Source of the DNA: Candidatus Bathyarchaeota archaeon
GTDB taxonomy: Archaea; Thermoproteota; Bathyarchaeia; Bathyarchaeales; DTEX01
Length of the DNA stretch: 64,000 nt
NCBI GenBank assembly: GCA_963714275.1
Contig: CAVQNT010000006.1
Location: 22,591 to 86,590, forward strand
Direction of reading: 5' to 3'
The stretch's first letter is position 1. Each line of letters starts with the position of its first letter. Made by a program: the position numbers and the translations under genes. Below are positions 63,254 through 64,000 of this stretch, piece by piece. The notes under the pieces were generated by a model. It made no database searches and had not been told where the DNA came from. It saw only the letters and a list, made by a program, of their open reading frames with translations.

Positions 63254-63981
63254 ACAATGGCGCCTCTTGGACACGGGATTTCATGATGCCTTCTATAATA
63301 TGGCTTTAGACGAGGCTATAGCGGTTGCACGGTCCAAAAATCTTGTGCTCAACACGTTAAGGTTTTTCAGGTGGGAGCCTTCAGCTGTTTCAATCGGCTA
63401 TTTTCAAGGCATGGATGAAGAGGTTGACACAGCTGCCTGCGACGATAAAGGCATTGACTATGTGAGGAGACGGACTGGTGGCGGAGCGGTTTACCACGAC
63501 AAAGACGGAGAGTTAACTTACAGCATGTTCATAAATCAGAAGCATCATCTAGTTTCCAAGGATTTTCAGGAGACTTATGGAACACTTTGCTCTGGGCTTG
63601 TGCGCGGGCTCCGTTTCTTGGGGGTTCAGGCTGAGTTTAAGCCCATCAATGACATTGTTGTTGGTGGCAAGAAGGTTTCTGGCAACGCCCAAACCCGAGG
63701 GATGAACATTGTTCATCAGCATGGTACAATACTTCTGAAGGTTGATCCTTCACTGATGTTTTTGGTTCTAAAGGGTTTGAAGGGTTCTCCCACCTCGTTA
63801 CATGGACTACTAGGAAGAGAAATAAGTTTTGAGGAGCTGAAAGGAAGCTCTCGTAAAGGGGTTCGAAGAATCTTTCAGGATAAGATTAGTGCCGGGAGCG
63901 CTCATTAAGTTTGAGGAGCAAACAACAACAAAACTGAAGGCTGAGAAATACGCGACAAGAGAATGGAACTTCAAGAGGTAG
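63237..63981 (+). CDS. lplA: lipoate-protein ligase A catalytic subunit; frame broken near 63780-63850
   Basis: TLRFFRWEPSAVSIGYFQ, RRRTGGGAVYHD, GKKVSGNAQ, HHGTILL-like HQHGTILL. The tail ...EKYATREWNFKR* is in a shifted frame. Confidence 0.8.
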
Positions 63982-64000
63982 TCTCGTTCTGCTCAGTAGC

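Noticed and set aside
1-64000. Interpreting the many split genes as genuine pseudogenes (genome decay).
   Set aside because: The breaks hit essential single-copy genes (secY, rpl30, proA, sufB). The flanking protein sequence remains perfectly conserved on both sides of each break, and several breaks sit in short homopolymers. Assembly indels are the simpler explanation.

Overview
This is an archaeal chromosomal segment. The evidence is an archaeal-type uS5-uL30-uL15-SecY-DUF106-Cmk cluster, DGGGP synthase, an Hjc resolvase, an HdrA-MvhD fusion, and a tRNA with a non-canonical intron. Gene content fits a TACK/Thermoproteota-like heterotroph, possibly Bathyarchaeia-type, but lineage cannot be fixed from the sequence alone. 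About 75 protein genes and 2 tRNAs are supportable; I saw no rRNA and no CRISPR array. Housekeeping and metabolic blocks include SufCB, proBA, a polyferredoxin with HdrA/MvhD, a four-gene sugar isomerase/oxidoreductase/aldolase/kinase operon, and a split lipoate ligase. The most notable feature is a ~16 kb insertion between tRNA-Thr(GGU) at 36.9 kb and ~53.05 kb that reads as a virus-derived integrated element. It has three parts: (1) a tightly packed RHH/zinc-finger regulator module; (2) a head-morphogenesis module (DUF1073-type portal, DUF2213-like protein, coiled-coil scaffold, DUF2190-like decoration protein, encapsulin-like HK97-fold capsid protein, glycosyltransferase) with no recognisable terminase, tail or replication genes; (3) an AT-rich arm with an AbiV-like HEPN protein, a zinc ribbon, a large PD-(D/E)xK protein, a tyrosine integrase, a metallophosphoesterase and another RHH. 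A second, very small integrase cassette at 22.7-23.7 kb is bracketed by inverted copies of an 18-23 nt motif that occurs four times within 7.5 kb. Caveat: about 30 genes, including essential ones (secY, rpl30, proA, sufB), are interrupted by single-nucleotide frame breaks. These look like assembly indels rather than pseudogenes. Coordinates for such genes span the joined ORF pieces.
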